Positions 1 to 9,149 of a DNA stretch of 64,000 nt are shown here, piece after piece (positions within the stretch are counted from its first letter, which is position 1; every line of letters begins with the position of its first letter). The translations under genes and the position numbers were made by a program. The DNA is from an uncultured Gemmatimonadales bacterium. Lineage in GTDB: Bacteria > Gemmatimonadota > Gemmatimonadetes > Gemmatimonadales > GWC2-71-9. The notes beneath the pieces were generated by a model. That model ran no database searches. It was not told the DNA's origin and was given only the letters and a program-made list of their open reading frames with translations. Where the stretch lies: NCBI GenBank assembly GCA_963722825.1, contig CAVROI010000003.1, forward strand, positions 1,879,764 to 1,943,763, read 5' to 3'.

Positions 1-1969
1 AGAGGCTGTCGGTGCGCCTGACACGGCCGGCGCCAAGCCGGACACCACTGTACCGGAAGGTGGTATAGCTCAGGCCGTAACCGAAGGGATAGAGCGGGGT
101 CCATGGCGTGTCGAGATACTTGGAGGTGTACATATCGCGCGCGTCGGGCGGGCGCCCCGTGGGCTTGTGGTTGTAGTAGATCGGAATCTGCCCCACGGTT
201 CGTGGCACGGTCATCGGAAGCTTGCCGCCAGGATTGAAGTCTCCGAAGAGAACGTCGGCCACGGCCGGTCCCATCTGCACGCCGAGAAACCATGTCTCGA
301 GAACGGCCGGGACGTGCTCCTCGAGCCAGGGAGTCGAGAGCGGCCGTCCATTCATCAGGACGACGACGAGTGGCTTTCCCGTCCGCCAGAGCCGTTCGGC
401 CAGGCGCTCCTGAACACCCGGCAGGTCGAGCGTCGCTCGGCTATGGGCTTCTCCGCTCATGTCCCGGCTCTCGCCAATCACGAGCACCACCGCATCCGCC
501 CGGCGCGAGACGCGCACGGCCTCGGCGAAGCCGGTCGTGTCGCTGCCGGTCACGGTTGCCCCTCTTGCGTAGAGCACCCGGGTGCCGGGCCGCACGGCCC
601 GCCGGATTCCCTCGAGCACGCTGACGGCATCCTCCGGCCGACCCGCGCCCGCCCACGGGCCGAGGGCCGAGGCGGCATCGTCGGCGAGGGGCCCGACCAC
701 CGCGATCGATTGCAGTCGTTTGGAGAGGGGCAGGGTACCGCCGCGGTTCTTGAGAAGGACGATCGAGCGCCTGGCCGCATCCCGCGCGGCGGCGAGATGC
801 TCCGGTGTCAGCGTGCGGGCCCGTTCCCGCAGCGTGTCGCTATAGCGGTATGGGTTGTCGAAGAGTCCGAGCCGATACTTCGCCTCGAGCACACGGCGTG
901 CGGCCTGGTCGACCAGCGATTCGGGGACCACACCCTCCTTCAGGAGGCGGGAGAGCTTCGTGAGGTAAATGGTGCTCACCATGTCCACGTCCACGCCCGC
1001 GCGTATCCCGCTCGCGCCTGCCGCCGCGGAGTCTGCGGCTGTGCCGTGCTGGATCAGCTCGCGCACGCCGGTGTAGTCGCTCACCAGAATCCCGTCGAAT
1101 CCCCACTCCCGGCGGAGCACATCGCGGATCAGATGCCCGTTGGCATGCATGGGGACGCCCGCAATCTCGTTGAACCCCGCCATCACCGACCGCGCGCCCG
1201 CCTTCACGGCCGCCCTGAAGGGAGGCAGGTAGACCTCCGCAAGCGTCCGCTCCGACAGCTCCGCCGTGTTATAGTCTCTTCCACCTTCGGCTGCGCCATA
1301 TCCCACGAAATGCTTGGCCGTGGCCAACAGCGTGCTGTCGGCGCCCAGATCGGCACCCTGAAAGCCACGTACCTTGGCCGCTGCCATCGCGCTGCCGAGG
1401 AAGGGATCCTCGCCGGAGCCTTCGACGACCCGTCCCCATCGTGGATCGCGCGCGATGTCCACCATCGGCGCGTAGGTCCAGTGAATGCCATGGGCGGTGG
1501 CCTCCACTGCGGAAATGCGAGCCGAACGCTCCACCACCGCGGGATCCCAGCTCGCTGCTTCGGCGATCGGAACCGGGAAGATCGTCCTGAAGCCGTGGAT
1601 GACGTCGTAGGCGATGAGGAGCGGGATGCCAAGCCGGCTCTCGTGGACCGCCAGATGCTGGAGGCGCCGGGTGTAGCTCGCGCCGCTGACACTGAGGAGT
1701 GAACCGATCCGGCCGGCCCGGATGTCGGCATCGGCTGCGGTCTGGCCGGCGGGCCCGGTGCTGTTGTCGGGGCCACCGGGCTGGTTGAGCTGACCGAGCT
1801 TCTCCTCGACGGTCATGCGGGCGAGCAGGGCGTCGAGGAATCGGTCCATGCCGGCGGGCCGTGGTGAGGCAGGGGGCTGAGCCCCTGTGGCGGCAAGGCA
1901 GGCGGCCACGAGGGCCAGGGTGCCTATCCGGGCGGTTCGGGGAGTCGGGGGTGGGCTGCTCCGCGGCAT
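1..1969 (-). CDS. Glycoside hydrolase family 3 beta-glucosidase (BglX-like), secreted. The C-terminus lies beyond the window edge.
   Basis: This frame is absent from the ORF track because it has no stop inside the window. My reverse-strand translation from the ATG at 1967-1969 reads MPRSSPPPTPRTARIGTLALVAACLAA (signal-like). GH3 hallmarks follow: EEKLGQL, AYDVIHGF, KHFVGYGAAEGGRDYN, GFDGILVSDY (nucleophile region) and PLYPFGYGLSYTTF. The frame stays open to position 1. Confidence 0.85.
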   Translation of the reverse strand, partial: MPRSSPPPTPRTARIGTLALVAACLAATGAQPPASPRPAGMDRFLDALLARMTVEEKLGQLNQPGGPDNSTGPAGQTAADADIRAGRIGSLLSVSGASYTRRLQHLAVHESRLGIPLLIAYDVIHGFRTIFPVPIAEAASWDPAVVERSARISAVEATAHGIHWTYAPMVDIARDPRWGRVVEGSGEDPFLGSAMAAAKVRGFQGADLGADSTLLATAKHFVGYGAAEGGRDYNTAELSERTLAEVYLPPFRAAVKAGARSVMAGFNEIAGVPMHANGHLIRDVLRREWGFDGILVSDYTGVRELIQHGTAADSAAAGASGIRAGVDVDMVSTIYLTKLSRLLKEGVVPESLVDQAARRVLEAKYRLGLFDNPYRYSDTLRERARTLTPEHLAAARDAARRSIVLLKNRGGTLPLSKRLQSIAVVGPLADDAASALGPWAGAGRPEDAVSVLEGIRRAVRPGTRVLYARGATVTGSDTTGFAEAVRVSRRADAVVLVIGESRDMSGEAHSRATLDLPGVQERLAERLWRTGKPLVVVLMNGRPLSTPWLEEHVPAVLETWFLGVQMGPAVADVLFGDFNPGGKLPMTVPRTVGQIPIYYNHKPTGRPPDARDMYTSKYLDTPWTPLYPFGYGLSYTTFRYSGVRLGAGRVRRTDSL

Positions 1970-2025
1970 TCGGGGCTTCTCCGGTGAGACGCACGGACCC
2001 AAAGCTTGACATTTTCGTGGACAAA

Positions 2026-2039
2026 TGTAAACGATTACA
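2026..2039. promoter_or_regulatory. Candidate LacI-family operator TGTAAACGATTACA
   Basis: A 14-bp palindrome with 6 of 7 symmetric pairs. It fits the generic LacI/GalR pattern TGnAAnCGnTTnCA. It lies in the 156-bp AT-richer divergent region between the GH3 gene and the LacI gene, and a TTGACA hexamer sits at 2006-2011. Confidence 0.55.
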
Positions 2040-2125
2040 TGGCCCATTTGTCGAGTCCGACGCTTTCGTCCCCTCCAAGGGTGTCCGGTGGATCGCCGCC
2101 GGGTTACTGAAAATGGTGATCTCGC

Positions 2126-3211
2126 ATGGTCACGATCAAAGACGTCGCGCGGGCGGCCGGCGTGTCGGTCGCGACGGTGTCCAGGGTCTACAACGGCGCC
2201 GATCCGGTCCGGGAAGAGACTCGACAGCGGGTCCGCGAGGTCGGCGGCCGGCTCGGGTACACGCCGCACGGAGCCGCCCGCAGTCTGATCACCAGCCGCA
2301 CGAGCACGCTCGGCGTCATCCTGCCCGATCTGTATGGCGAGTTCTTCTCCGAGGTCATTCGCGGCATCGATCAGGCAGCCCAGCGGCACGGCTATCACCT
2401 CCTCATTTCCAGCTCCCATGACGCGCGCCCCGCGGTGGAGGCGGCCCTGCGCTCCATGCGGGGGCGGGTGGACGGCCTGATCCTGATGTGGCCCGACATG
2501 GACGCCGATGCCGCCGTGCGGAACCTGCCCGCCGGCTTTCCCCTCGTTCTCCTGCACGCGCCGGTGGAGCCGGACGCCTTCGATGTCATCACCATCGCCA
2601 ACTTCGACGGCGCCTACGCCATGGTGCGCCACCTCGTCGAGCTCGGCCATACGCGCATCGCCATCATCAAGGGGGTCGCCGGAAATTTCGACGCCGCCGA
2701 GCGGCTCCGCGGATATCGCGCCGCGCTGGCGGCGTCGGGAATCGCGGAGACGCCCAATCTCGAAGTGCAGGGTGATTTCAGCGAGGACTCCGGATTCCAT
2801 GCGACCGGAGAGCTTCTCCAGGCGCCCGCCCGCCCCACTGCGATCTTCGCCGCCAACGATGCCATGGCCATTGGCGCGCTGAGCGCGCTCCGGCAAGCGG
2901 GCGTGCGAGTGCCGGAGGACGTTGCCGTTGGAGGATTCGACGACATCCCGATGGCCCGGTATCTCGATCCGCCGCTCTCGTCCGTGCACGTGGATATGAC
3001 GGCGCTGGGAGAACGCGCCACCCTTCGGTTACTCGCCGCGGTAACCGAGAAGGACACCCACGAGCGCCGATCGGAAACGCTTCCCACCACGCTGGTCCTT
3101 CGCCGCTCGTGCGGCGCAACGGCTCCCTCGTCGCGGCCGACGGCGCGGGGCACCGGTCCCACCGTCGAACCCACTCCGTTCTCCACCCTCGCCGCGAGGA
3201 AAGACCCATGA
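2126..3211 (+). CDS. LacI-family transcriptional regulator
   Basis: The N-terminal HTH is MVTIKDVARAAGVSVATVSRVYNG. A periplasmic-binding-protein-like sugar sensor core follows (FAANDAMAIGAL, GGFDDIPMARY). The stop overlaps the next start as ATGA at 3208-3211. Confidence 0.9.
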   Translation: MVTIKDVARAAGVSVATVSRVYNGADPVREETRQRVREVGGRLGYTPHGAARSLITSRTSTLGVILPDLYGEFFSEVIRGIDQAAQRHGYHLLISSSHDARPAVEAALRSMRGRVDGLILMWPDMDADAAVRNLPAGFPLVLLHAPVEPDAFDVITIANFDGAYAMVRHLVELGHTRIAIIKGVAGNFDAAERLRGYRAALAASGIAETPNLEVQGDFSEDSGFHATGELLQAPARPTAIFAANDAMAIGALSALRQAGVRVPEDVAVGGFDDIPMARYLDPPLSSVHVDMTALGERATLRLLAAVTEKDTHERRSETLPTTLVLRRSCGATAPSSRPTARGTGPTVEPTPFSTLAARKDP

Positions 3212-6114
3212 ATAGAGGCGTTGTCCTCACCGGTCGCTGCCTGGCCGTGCTGCTTGCCGCCGGCGCGCTTGCATCATCCCGCCTCGCCGCCCAGACAAGT
3301 ACCGGCAGTCTGCGGGGCCACGTCACCGACACCAGCAGCGCTTCCATTCCGGGAGCGGAGGTGGTGGCCCGAGACCTGTCGACCAACACCCAGCGCAGCG
3401 CGACGACAGATGATCGCGGGTTCTATTCGCTGTCGGGCCTCACGCCCTCCCAATATCTGCTCACCATCCGGCACATCGGGCACGTTCCGGTGCAGCGGCA
3501 GGTGCAGGTCCAGGTGGGCCAGGTCCTGACCCTCGACTTCCGCCTCGCGGCGACCACCGTACAACTGGCGGAGGTGGTGGCGCAGGTGGCTCCGGTGGCC
3601 GAGATACGTACGAGCGAGAATGCGACGAACGTCACGCAGGAGCAGATACAGAATCTTCCGAGCAGCAGCCGCAACTTTCTCGATCTGGCGCAGCTCGCCC
3701 CGGGTGTTCGGGTCAGTCCCGACCGCATCAACGGCCAGAACAAGACCTTCGCATCGGGGGCGTTGCCCGCGGACAACATCAACGTGTTCATCGATGGGCA
3801 GACGCTCAAGAACGACATCACCATCGGCGGCGTCGTGGGGCAGGATGCGAGCCGCGGCAATCCGTTTCCCCGGAACGCCGTTCAGGAGTTCCGCATCGTC
3901 ACCAACAACTACAAGGCCGAATACCAGAAGGCCTCGAGTGCGATCATCACCGCGGCCACCAAGTCCGGCGGCAACGAGTGGCATGGGAGCTTCTTCACCG
4001 GGTATCAGAACAAGGGACTCGTGGCGCTCGATACGTTTCAGCTCGCGGACAAGCACGACACGCTTCGGACCACGCCGTTCGAGGAGCCTGACTACAGCCG
4101 GGTGCTTACCGGCCTGAGCGTCGGCGGCCCCGTCATCCACGACAAGCTGTTCTTCTTTGGCGCATACGAGGGCAACTATCAGAACCGGCAAGGTGTGACC
4201 CGCTTCAATGGCGACCCCGTCACCTGGCCGGCTAACGTCGCCGCGCTGCAAGGCGAGGCGCATACCTCGCCCTTCCGTTCGACGCTGGCTTTCGGCAAGC
4301 TCAGCTACAACCACAGCCAGAACCAGCTCTTGGAGCTGACCGGCAACCTCAGGCTCGAGACCGACAAGCGGAGATTCGGCGGACAGCTCGGGGATGTCTT
4401 CCGCGCATTCGATGCCGGCGAGAACCTTCGCAACAACGTGGTGGACGGCGGGCTCAAGCACACATTCTTCGGCAAGCAGTGGACCAACGAGGCGCTCGTC
4501 AGCTTCCAGTGGTTCCAGTTCAACCCGGAGCCTTTCGACTTCACTACGCCCGCGTTGGACTACCAGGGAATCGGGCGGATCGGGGGCGCCGACTCGAGGC
4601 AGGACCTGACCCAGCGGCGGCTCTCGCTGCGCGACGACTGGACCTACTCCGGCCTCCAGGCCGGCGGCTCCCACGTCATCAAGATTGGCGCCAACGTCGA
4701 CTTCGCGAAGTACAAGCTGAACAAGCAACTCAACGAGAACCCGATCTTCAGTTTCCACAGCGACAACAATTTTGCCACGCCATTCCAGGCGCAGCTCGGT
4801 TTCGGCGACCCCGAGATCGACGGCACCAACAATCAGATCGGCATCTACGCGCAGGACGACTGGAGCCCGACCGACCGCCTGACGATCAACGCCGGCATCC
4901 GCTGGGACTACGAGACCGGGATGTACGACAAGGATTTCGTGACTCCCGCTGCCCTGGTCGACAGCCTCACCCAGCTCCGGAGCCAGCTCTTCATCGACAT
5001 CGATCCCGCGCGCTACTTCACCGATGGGACCGACCGCAAGGCGTACACCGGCGCGTTTCAGCCCCGGCTTGGCTTCAGCTATGCGGTTGACCGCGACAAG
5101 ACGACCGTTCTCTTCGCTTCCGGCGGCATCTTCTACGACCGCTTCGGCTTCAACTCCTTCATCGACGAGTCCTACCGCCGACAGCATCCGAACCTGTTCT
5201 TCACGTTCTCCGACACCGCCGCCGCGGGTGCCATCACCTGGGACCCCCGCTTTCTCAGCCGCCAGGGGCTGCTCGACCTCGTCGCCTCGGGAGTCTCGCC
5301 GGCCCAGGAAGTCTTCCTCGTGCCCAACGATCTCAAGCCGCCCAAGTCGTATCAGTTCAGCGGCGGCGTGCGCCATCAGTTCGGATCCGTGGTGACCTCG
5401 CTCAGTTACAGCGGGATTCGGGGCCGGAACGGATTCAGCTACGAGTGGGCGAACGTCGCGCTGGACCCGGCAAAGAACGACTGCTGTCTCAATGTGGCCA
5501 CGCCGTATCAGAACATCCTGGTCGGCAACAACAGTGTCCGGACCTGGTACGATGGCCTCGAGGCACGAGTAGACCGCTCCTACCGGAAGAGCAGCGAGGA
5601 CTACGGCTGGGGCGCCGGCATCGCCTATACCCTGTCCTGGGCCTACGCCGAAGGAGGCGATCTCTTCAGCTTCCCGACGATCACCACCAACTTTAACGAC
5701 AAACACCCCATCGCCGACGACCAGCGGCATCGGATCGTCGTCAACTGGGTGACCGACGTCCCCTTCCTCTTCGGCATTCAGTTCAGCGGCCTCGCGACGC
5801 TCGCGTCCGGCAAGCCGTTCAAGAGCATCCAGTTGTCCACGGGGCCGACGGATCAGCGGGTCATCCTGGGGTACGCGCGCACGCCGTGGTTCAAGAACCT
5901 CGATCTCCGGCTGCGCAAGGACTTCCCGAACTTCGGCGGTACCCATCTGGGTATCACGGGTGACCTCTTCAACGTGTTCAATACCCAGAATCTCGGCTGC
6001 TTCGATGAGACCGCATTCACCGGTGGTGGCGATCCCAACGCGAACTTCGCCCACGCGAGTTGCGTCATTAGCGACCCGCGCCGGTTCCAGCTAGGCTTCC
6101 AGTACGACTTCTAG
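3208..6114 (+). CDS. TonB-dependent outer-membrane receptor with a carboxypeptidase-regulatory-like N-terminal domain
   Basis: I chose the ATG at 3208 (MNRGVVLTGRCLAVLLAAGALASSRLAAQ signal peptide) over the longer ORF start at 3109. The sequence GSLRGHVTD...GFYSLSGLTPSQYLLTIRHIGH is CarboxypepD_reg-like. NVFIDGQ is a plug-like segment. A long beta-barrel ends in the aromatic terminus FQLGFQYDF. Confidence 0.85.
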   Translation: MNRGVVLTGRCLAVLLAAGALASSRLAAQTSTGSLRGHVTDTSSASIPGAEVVARDLSTNTQRSATTDDRGFYSLSGLTPSQYLLTIRHIGHVPVQRQVQVQVGQVLTLDFRLAATTVQLAEVVAQVAPVAEIRTSENATNVTQEQIQNLPSSSRNFLDLAQLAPGVRVSPDRINGQNKTFASGALPADNINVFIDGQTLKNDITIGGVVGQDASRGNPFPRNAVQEFRIVTNNYKAEYQKASSAIITAATKSGGNEWHGSFFTGYQNKGLVALDTFQLADKHDTLRTTPFEEPDYSRVLTGLSVGGPVIHDKLFFFGAYEGNYQNRQGVTRFNGDPVTWPANVAALQGEAHTSPFRSTLAFGKLSYNHSQNQLLELTGNLRLETDKRRFGGQLGDVFRAFDAGENLRNNVVDGGLKHTFFGKQWTNEALVSFQWFQFNPEPFDFTTPALDYQGIGRIGGADSRQDLTQRRLSLRDDWTYSGLQAGGSHVIKIGANVDFAKYKLNKQLNENPIFSFHSDNNFATPFQAQLGFGDPEIDGTNNQIGIYAQDDWSPTDRLTINAGIRWDYETGMYDKDFVTPAALVDSLTQLRSQLFIDIDPARYFTDGTDRKAYTGAFQPRLGFSYAVDRDKTTVLFASGGIFYDRFGFNSFIDESYRRQHPNLFFTFSDTAAAGAITWDPRFLSRQGLLDLVASGVSPAQEVFLVPNDLKPPKSYQFSGGVRHQFGSVVTSLSYSGIRGRNGFSYEWANVALDPAKNDCCLNVATPYQNILVGNNSVRTWYDGLEARVDRSYRKSSEDYGWGAGIAYTLSWAYAEGGDLFSFPTITTNFNDKHPIADDQRHRIVVNWVTDVPFLFGIQFSGLATLASGKPFKSIQLSTGPTDQRVILGYARTPWFKNLDLRLRKDFPNFGGTHLGITGDLFNVFNTQNLGCFDETAFTGGGDPNANFAHASCVISDPRRFQLGFQYDF

Positions 6115-6121
6115 TCTCGAT

Positions 6122-6156
6122 CCCGGCGGATGGATGCTCGCATCCCATCCGCCGGG
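6122..6156 (+). other. Strong intercistronic stem-loop (15 bp stem, one bulge, 4-nt loop) between the receptor gene and the ABC-importer genes
   Basis: cccggcggatggatg/ctcg/catcccatccgccggg pairs 6122-6136 with 6141-6156, with C6146 bulged. No U-tract follows, so it is not a classic intrinsic terminator. It buries the ATG at 6134. Confidence 0.5.
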
Positions 6157-7447
6157 CCCCCTCGTTCGAGGCACCGTGCGCTCCCTCTTCCTCAGCGCTG
6201 CCACGTTGTTCTCCGCCTGCACGCACGGCCCCGCCGATGGCCGATCCACCACACTCCGGATTTGGGCGTTCGGACGGGAGGGCGAGGTCGTGCAGGAGCT
6301 GGTGAAGGACTTCGAGAGGCAGAATCCCGGAATCAGCGTCCAGGTGCAACAGATTCCGTGGACCGCGGCGCACGAGAAGCTTCTCACCGCCTACGTCGGT
6401 GACGCGACCCCCGATCTCGCGCAGCTCGGCAACAGCTGGATCGCCGAGTTCACCCAGCTCGGCGCCCTTGCACCCCTCGATCGCATGGCTGCGCAGTCAG
6501 GCCAGGTGGATTCCTCGGCCTACTTCGACGGCATCTGGAAGACGAATGTCGTGGACGGTCGGCTCTACGGGGTCCCGTGGTACGTGGACACACGGGTCAT
6601 CTTCTATCGGAAGGACATCCTCCGGCGCGCCGGCTATGACTCGATGCCCACGAGCTGGTCCGGCTGGCTCGAGATGATGCGGGCGGTGCAGCGCGAGGTC
6701 GGCAAGGGACGGTACGCGATCTTCCTTCCGACCAACGAGTGGGCCCAGCCGATCGTGCTCGGCATGCAGGCCGGATCGGGCATTCTCAAGTCCGATGGCC
6801 GCTACGGCGCCTTTGCCGATCCGCCGTTCCGCAAGGGGTTCGAGTTCTACGTGAGCCTGTTCAGGTCCGGTTTCGCTCCATCGTTCAGCAACATCGACGT
6901 GGCCAATCCGTTTCAGGAGTTCGCGCGCGGACGGTTCGCCATGTGGATCACCGGTCCCTGGCAGCTCGGCGAGTTCCGCCGCCGCCTTCCCGCGGACCTC
7001 CAGCACGATTGGGGCACGGCGCCGCTGCCCGGTCCAACGGGACCCGCCTCGGGTGTCTCGTACGCCGGCGGGTCGAGCCTGGTGCTGTTCAGAGCCTCGA
7101 GGCACCAGAACGAGTCGTGGAAATTGATCGAGTATCTGTCCCGTCCCGAGCAGCAGGCCCGCTTCTACCGGCTCACCGGCGATCTGCCTGCACGGGAGGC
7201 CGCGTGGAAAGCCGCCGGTCTGATCGATGATCCGCAGACTCGGGCGTTCTGGGTCCAGCTGCACCGGGTCAGGCCGCTGCCGGCGGTGCCCGAGGTGGAG
7301 CTCATCGTGACCCGAGTCTTCGATTATGCGGAGCAGGTGATCCGCGGCGGGCGGCCGGTCGAGGCGTCGCTTCGCGCTCTCGATGGCGACGTCGATCGGA
7401 TTCTCGAAAAGCGCCGTTGGATGCTGGCGCGGGCGGAGCCCCGGTGA
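6134..7447 (+). CDS. ABC transporter extracellular solute-binding protein (family 1, sugar/oligosaccharide), lipoprotein
   Basis: SBP_bac_1-like sequence (WAFGREGEV, QIPWTAAHEKLLTAYVGD, VPWYVDTRVIFYRKD). The likely true start is the GTG at 6176. It is preceded by GAGG at 6167-6170 and gives MRSLFLSAATLFSAC, a short lipoprotein signal with lipobox LFSAC. 6134 is the longest-ORF start. Confidence 0.85.
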   Translation: MLASHPPGPLVRGTVRSLFLSAATLFSACTHGPADGRSTTLRIWAFGREGEVVQELVKDFERQNPGISVQVQQIPWTAAHEKLLTAYVGDATPDLAQLGNSWIAEFTQLGALAPLDRMAAQSGQVDSSAYFDGIWKTNVVDGRLYGVPWYVDTRVIFYRKDILRRAGYDSMPTSWSGWLEMMRAVQREVGKGRYAIFLPTNEWAQPIVLGMQAGSGILKSDGRYGAFADPPFRKGFEFYVSLFRSGFAPSFSNIDVANPFQEFARGRFAMWITGPWQLGEFRRRLPADLQHDWGTAPLPGPTGPASGVSYAGGSSLVLFRASRHQNESWKLIEYLSRPEQQARFYRLTGDLPAREAAWKAAGLIDDPQTRAFWVQLHRVRPLPAVPEVELIVTRVFDYAEQVIRGGRPVEASLRALDGDVDRILEKRRWMLARAEPR

Positions 7448-7461
7448 AGTCCGAGGTGCCC

Positions 7462-8331
7462 ATGGCGGAGACCCGGGCGGCCTGGCTCTTCCTGGCCCCG
7501 GCCCTCGCGCTTCTTGGCATCTTCTTCTTCCTCCCCATCGTCGCCGCATTCCTGCTGAGCTTTACCGACTTCGATCTCTACGCAATCGCCGATCCGCACA
7601 ACATCCGGATGATCGGCCTGCGGAATTATCTGCGGCTGGCGGCCAATCCGGTCTTCTGGCTCGCGCTCAAGAACACCCTCTACTTCGTGATCGCGGGCGG
7701 GCCCCTCAGCGTGGCCGTGTCGCTCGGCGCGGCCCTGCTGGTGAACGCCAAGCTCACGAGGCTCAAGGGTCTCTTCCGCACCATCTACTTCGCGCCCTTC
7801 GTCACCACGCTCGTCGCCGTGGCCATCGTCTGGCGCTACCTGTATCACCCGGAGTACGGCCTCATCAACTACGCCCTCGCCCAGGTGGGCATTCCCCGGG
7901 TGGACTGGCTCGGCAGCCCGCGCTGGGCGATGCCGGCGATCATCGTGATGGCCGTCTGGAAGAACTTCGGTTACAACATGCTCATCTTCATCGCCGGGCT
8001 GCAGGCGATTCCGGAGGAGCTGTACGAGGCGGCGCATATCGATGGCGCCGGTCCCTGGCGCCGCTTCATCCATATCACCGTTCCGATGCTGGGCCCCACG
8101 CTCGTGTTCGTGGCGCTCGTCACGATGATCGGCTACTTCCAGCTCTTTGCCGAGCCCTACGTGATGACCCAGGGCGGACCTCTCCGAAGCACCACGAGCC
8201 TGGTGCTCCTCATGTACGAGGAAGGGTTCCGCTGGTGGCGGATGGGCAACGCCGCGGCCGTGGCGTTCGTGCTCTTCGTGGTGACGCTCGGTGGCATGCT
8301 GCTGCTCGGGCTACGGCGGGAACGTTCATGA
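7462..8331 (+). CDS. Sugar ABC transporter permease (MalF/UgpA-like)
   Basis: MAETRAAWLFLAPALALLGIFFFLPIV is a typical N-terminus, and the sequence is multi-pass hydrophobic. An EAA-like loop reads AGLQAIPEELYEAAHIDGAGPWRRF. An alternative start is the GTG at 7444, which overlaps the upstream stop as GTGA. Confidence 0.85.
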   Translation: MAETRAAWLFLAPALALLGIFFFLPIVAAFLLSFTDFDLYAIADPHNIRMIGLRNYLRLAANPVFWLALKNTLYFVIAGGPLSVAVSLGAALLVNAKLTRLKGLFRTIYFAPFVTTLVAVAIVWRYLYHPEYGLINYALAQVGIPRVDWLGSPRWAMPAIIVMAVWKNFGYNMLIFIAGLQAIPEELYEAAHIDGAGPWRRFIHITVPMLGPTLVFVALVTMIGYFQLFAEPYVMTQGGPLRSTTSLVLLMYEEGFRWWRMGNAAAVAFVLFVVTLGGMLLLGLRRERS

Positions 8332-9149
8332 GAAGGCGACCAGCGGTGCTCGGCCTTCATGTCCTGCTCATCGGAGGTGCGGCGCTGGCGCTCTTCCCGA
8401 TGCTGTGGATGGTCTCGGCGTCACTCATGCCGGCGGGAGAGGCCAACACCTTCCCACCACGCCTCCTTCCCTCGCACCCGACCCTGGAGCACTACCGGAC
8501 GCTGTTCACCCGGCTCGACCTCGGGCGGAACCTCCTCAACACGACCTTCATCGCCCTGACCGTGACCGGACTCAGCCTCCTCGTCAACTCGATGGCAGGA
8601 TACGCACTGGCCAAACTGCGGTTCCGGCGGCGGGAGTCGCTCTTTCGAGCGCTCTCGACCGGCCTGGTGCTGCCGGTGCAGGTGTCGATGCTCCCGCTCT
8701 TTCTGCTGTTCAAGGAGATGGGGCTGGTCAACACCTACTGGGGCGTGATCATTCCCTCGCTCGCCAGCATCTTCGGCATCTTTCTCATCCGGCAATACAC
8801 CCTCTCACTGCCGGACGACCTGCTCGACGCTGCTCGCATGGACGGCGCCGGCGAGCTCCGGATCTATTGGGCCGTGGTGCTGCCGGTCATCCGGCCGATC
8901 CTCGCGACCATTGCCATCTGGACCTTTCTCACCACATGGAACGACTTCATGTGGCCGCTGATCGTCTTGAGCGACGCCTCCCGGTACACACTGCCCGTGG
9001 CCCTGGCCAATCTGTCGGGTGAGCACGTGCAGGACACCGAACTGATGATGGCGGGCGCGGTGGTCACAGTGCTCCCGGTCATGTTCACCTTTCTCCTCCT
9101 GCAGCGCTCCTACGTCGAGGGGGTGACGGCGGGGAGCGTGAAGGGGTGA
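8328..9149 (+). CDS. Sugar ABC transporter permease (MalG/UgpE-like)
   Basis: Starts MRRRPAVLGLHVLLIGGAALALFPMLWMVSASL. The EAA loop is LPDDLLDAARMDGAGELRIYW, and the C-terminus is the typical VTAGSVKG. The start overlaps the previous stop (ATGA at 8328-8331). The track fuses this gene into the artefactual 588-aa ORF at 7383-9149. Confidence 0.85.
   Translation: MRRRPAVLGLHVLLIGGAALALFPMLWMVSASLMPAGEANTFPPRLLPSHPTLEHYRTLFTRLDLGRNLLNTTFIALTVTGLSLLVNSMAGYALAKLRFRRRESLFRALSTGLVLPVQVSMLPLFLLFKEMGLVNTYWGVIIPSLASIFGIFLIRQYTLSLPDDLLDAARMDGAGELRIYWAVVLPVIRPILATIAIWTFLTTWNDFMWPLIVLSDASRYTLPVALANLSGEHVQDTELMMAGAVVTVLPVMFTFLLLQRSYVEGVTAGSVKG

Noticed and set aside
167-1702. A 511-aa plus-strand ORF, with several nested ORFs, at the left edge of the window.
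   Set aside because: It is Arg/Gly/His/Pro-rich with no recognisable motifs, and it lies exactly antisense to a reverse-strand frame that translates into an uninterrupted GH3 beta-glucosidase. This is a typical high-GC shadow ORF.
3274-6054. A 926-aa minus-strand ORF.
   Set aside because: It is antisense to the TonB-dependent receptor gene. It has low-complexity Arg/Glu/Gly/Val composition, no signal peptide and no domains. It is a GC-driven open frame.
7383-9149. A 588-aa ORF that looks like one long gene.
   Set aside because: Only the part from the ATG at 8328 onward is a real MalG-like permease. The upstream 315 codons are an off-frame read through the first permease gene.
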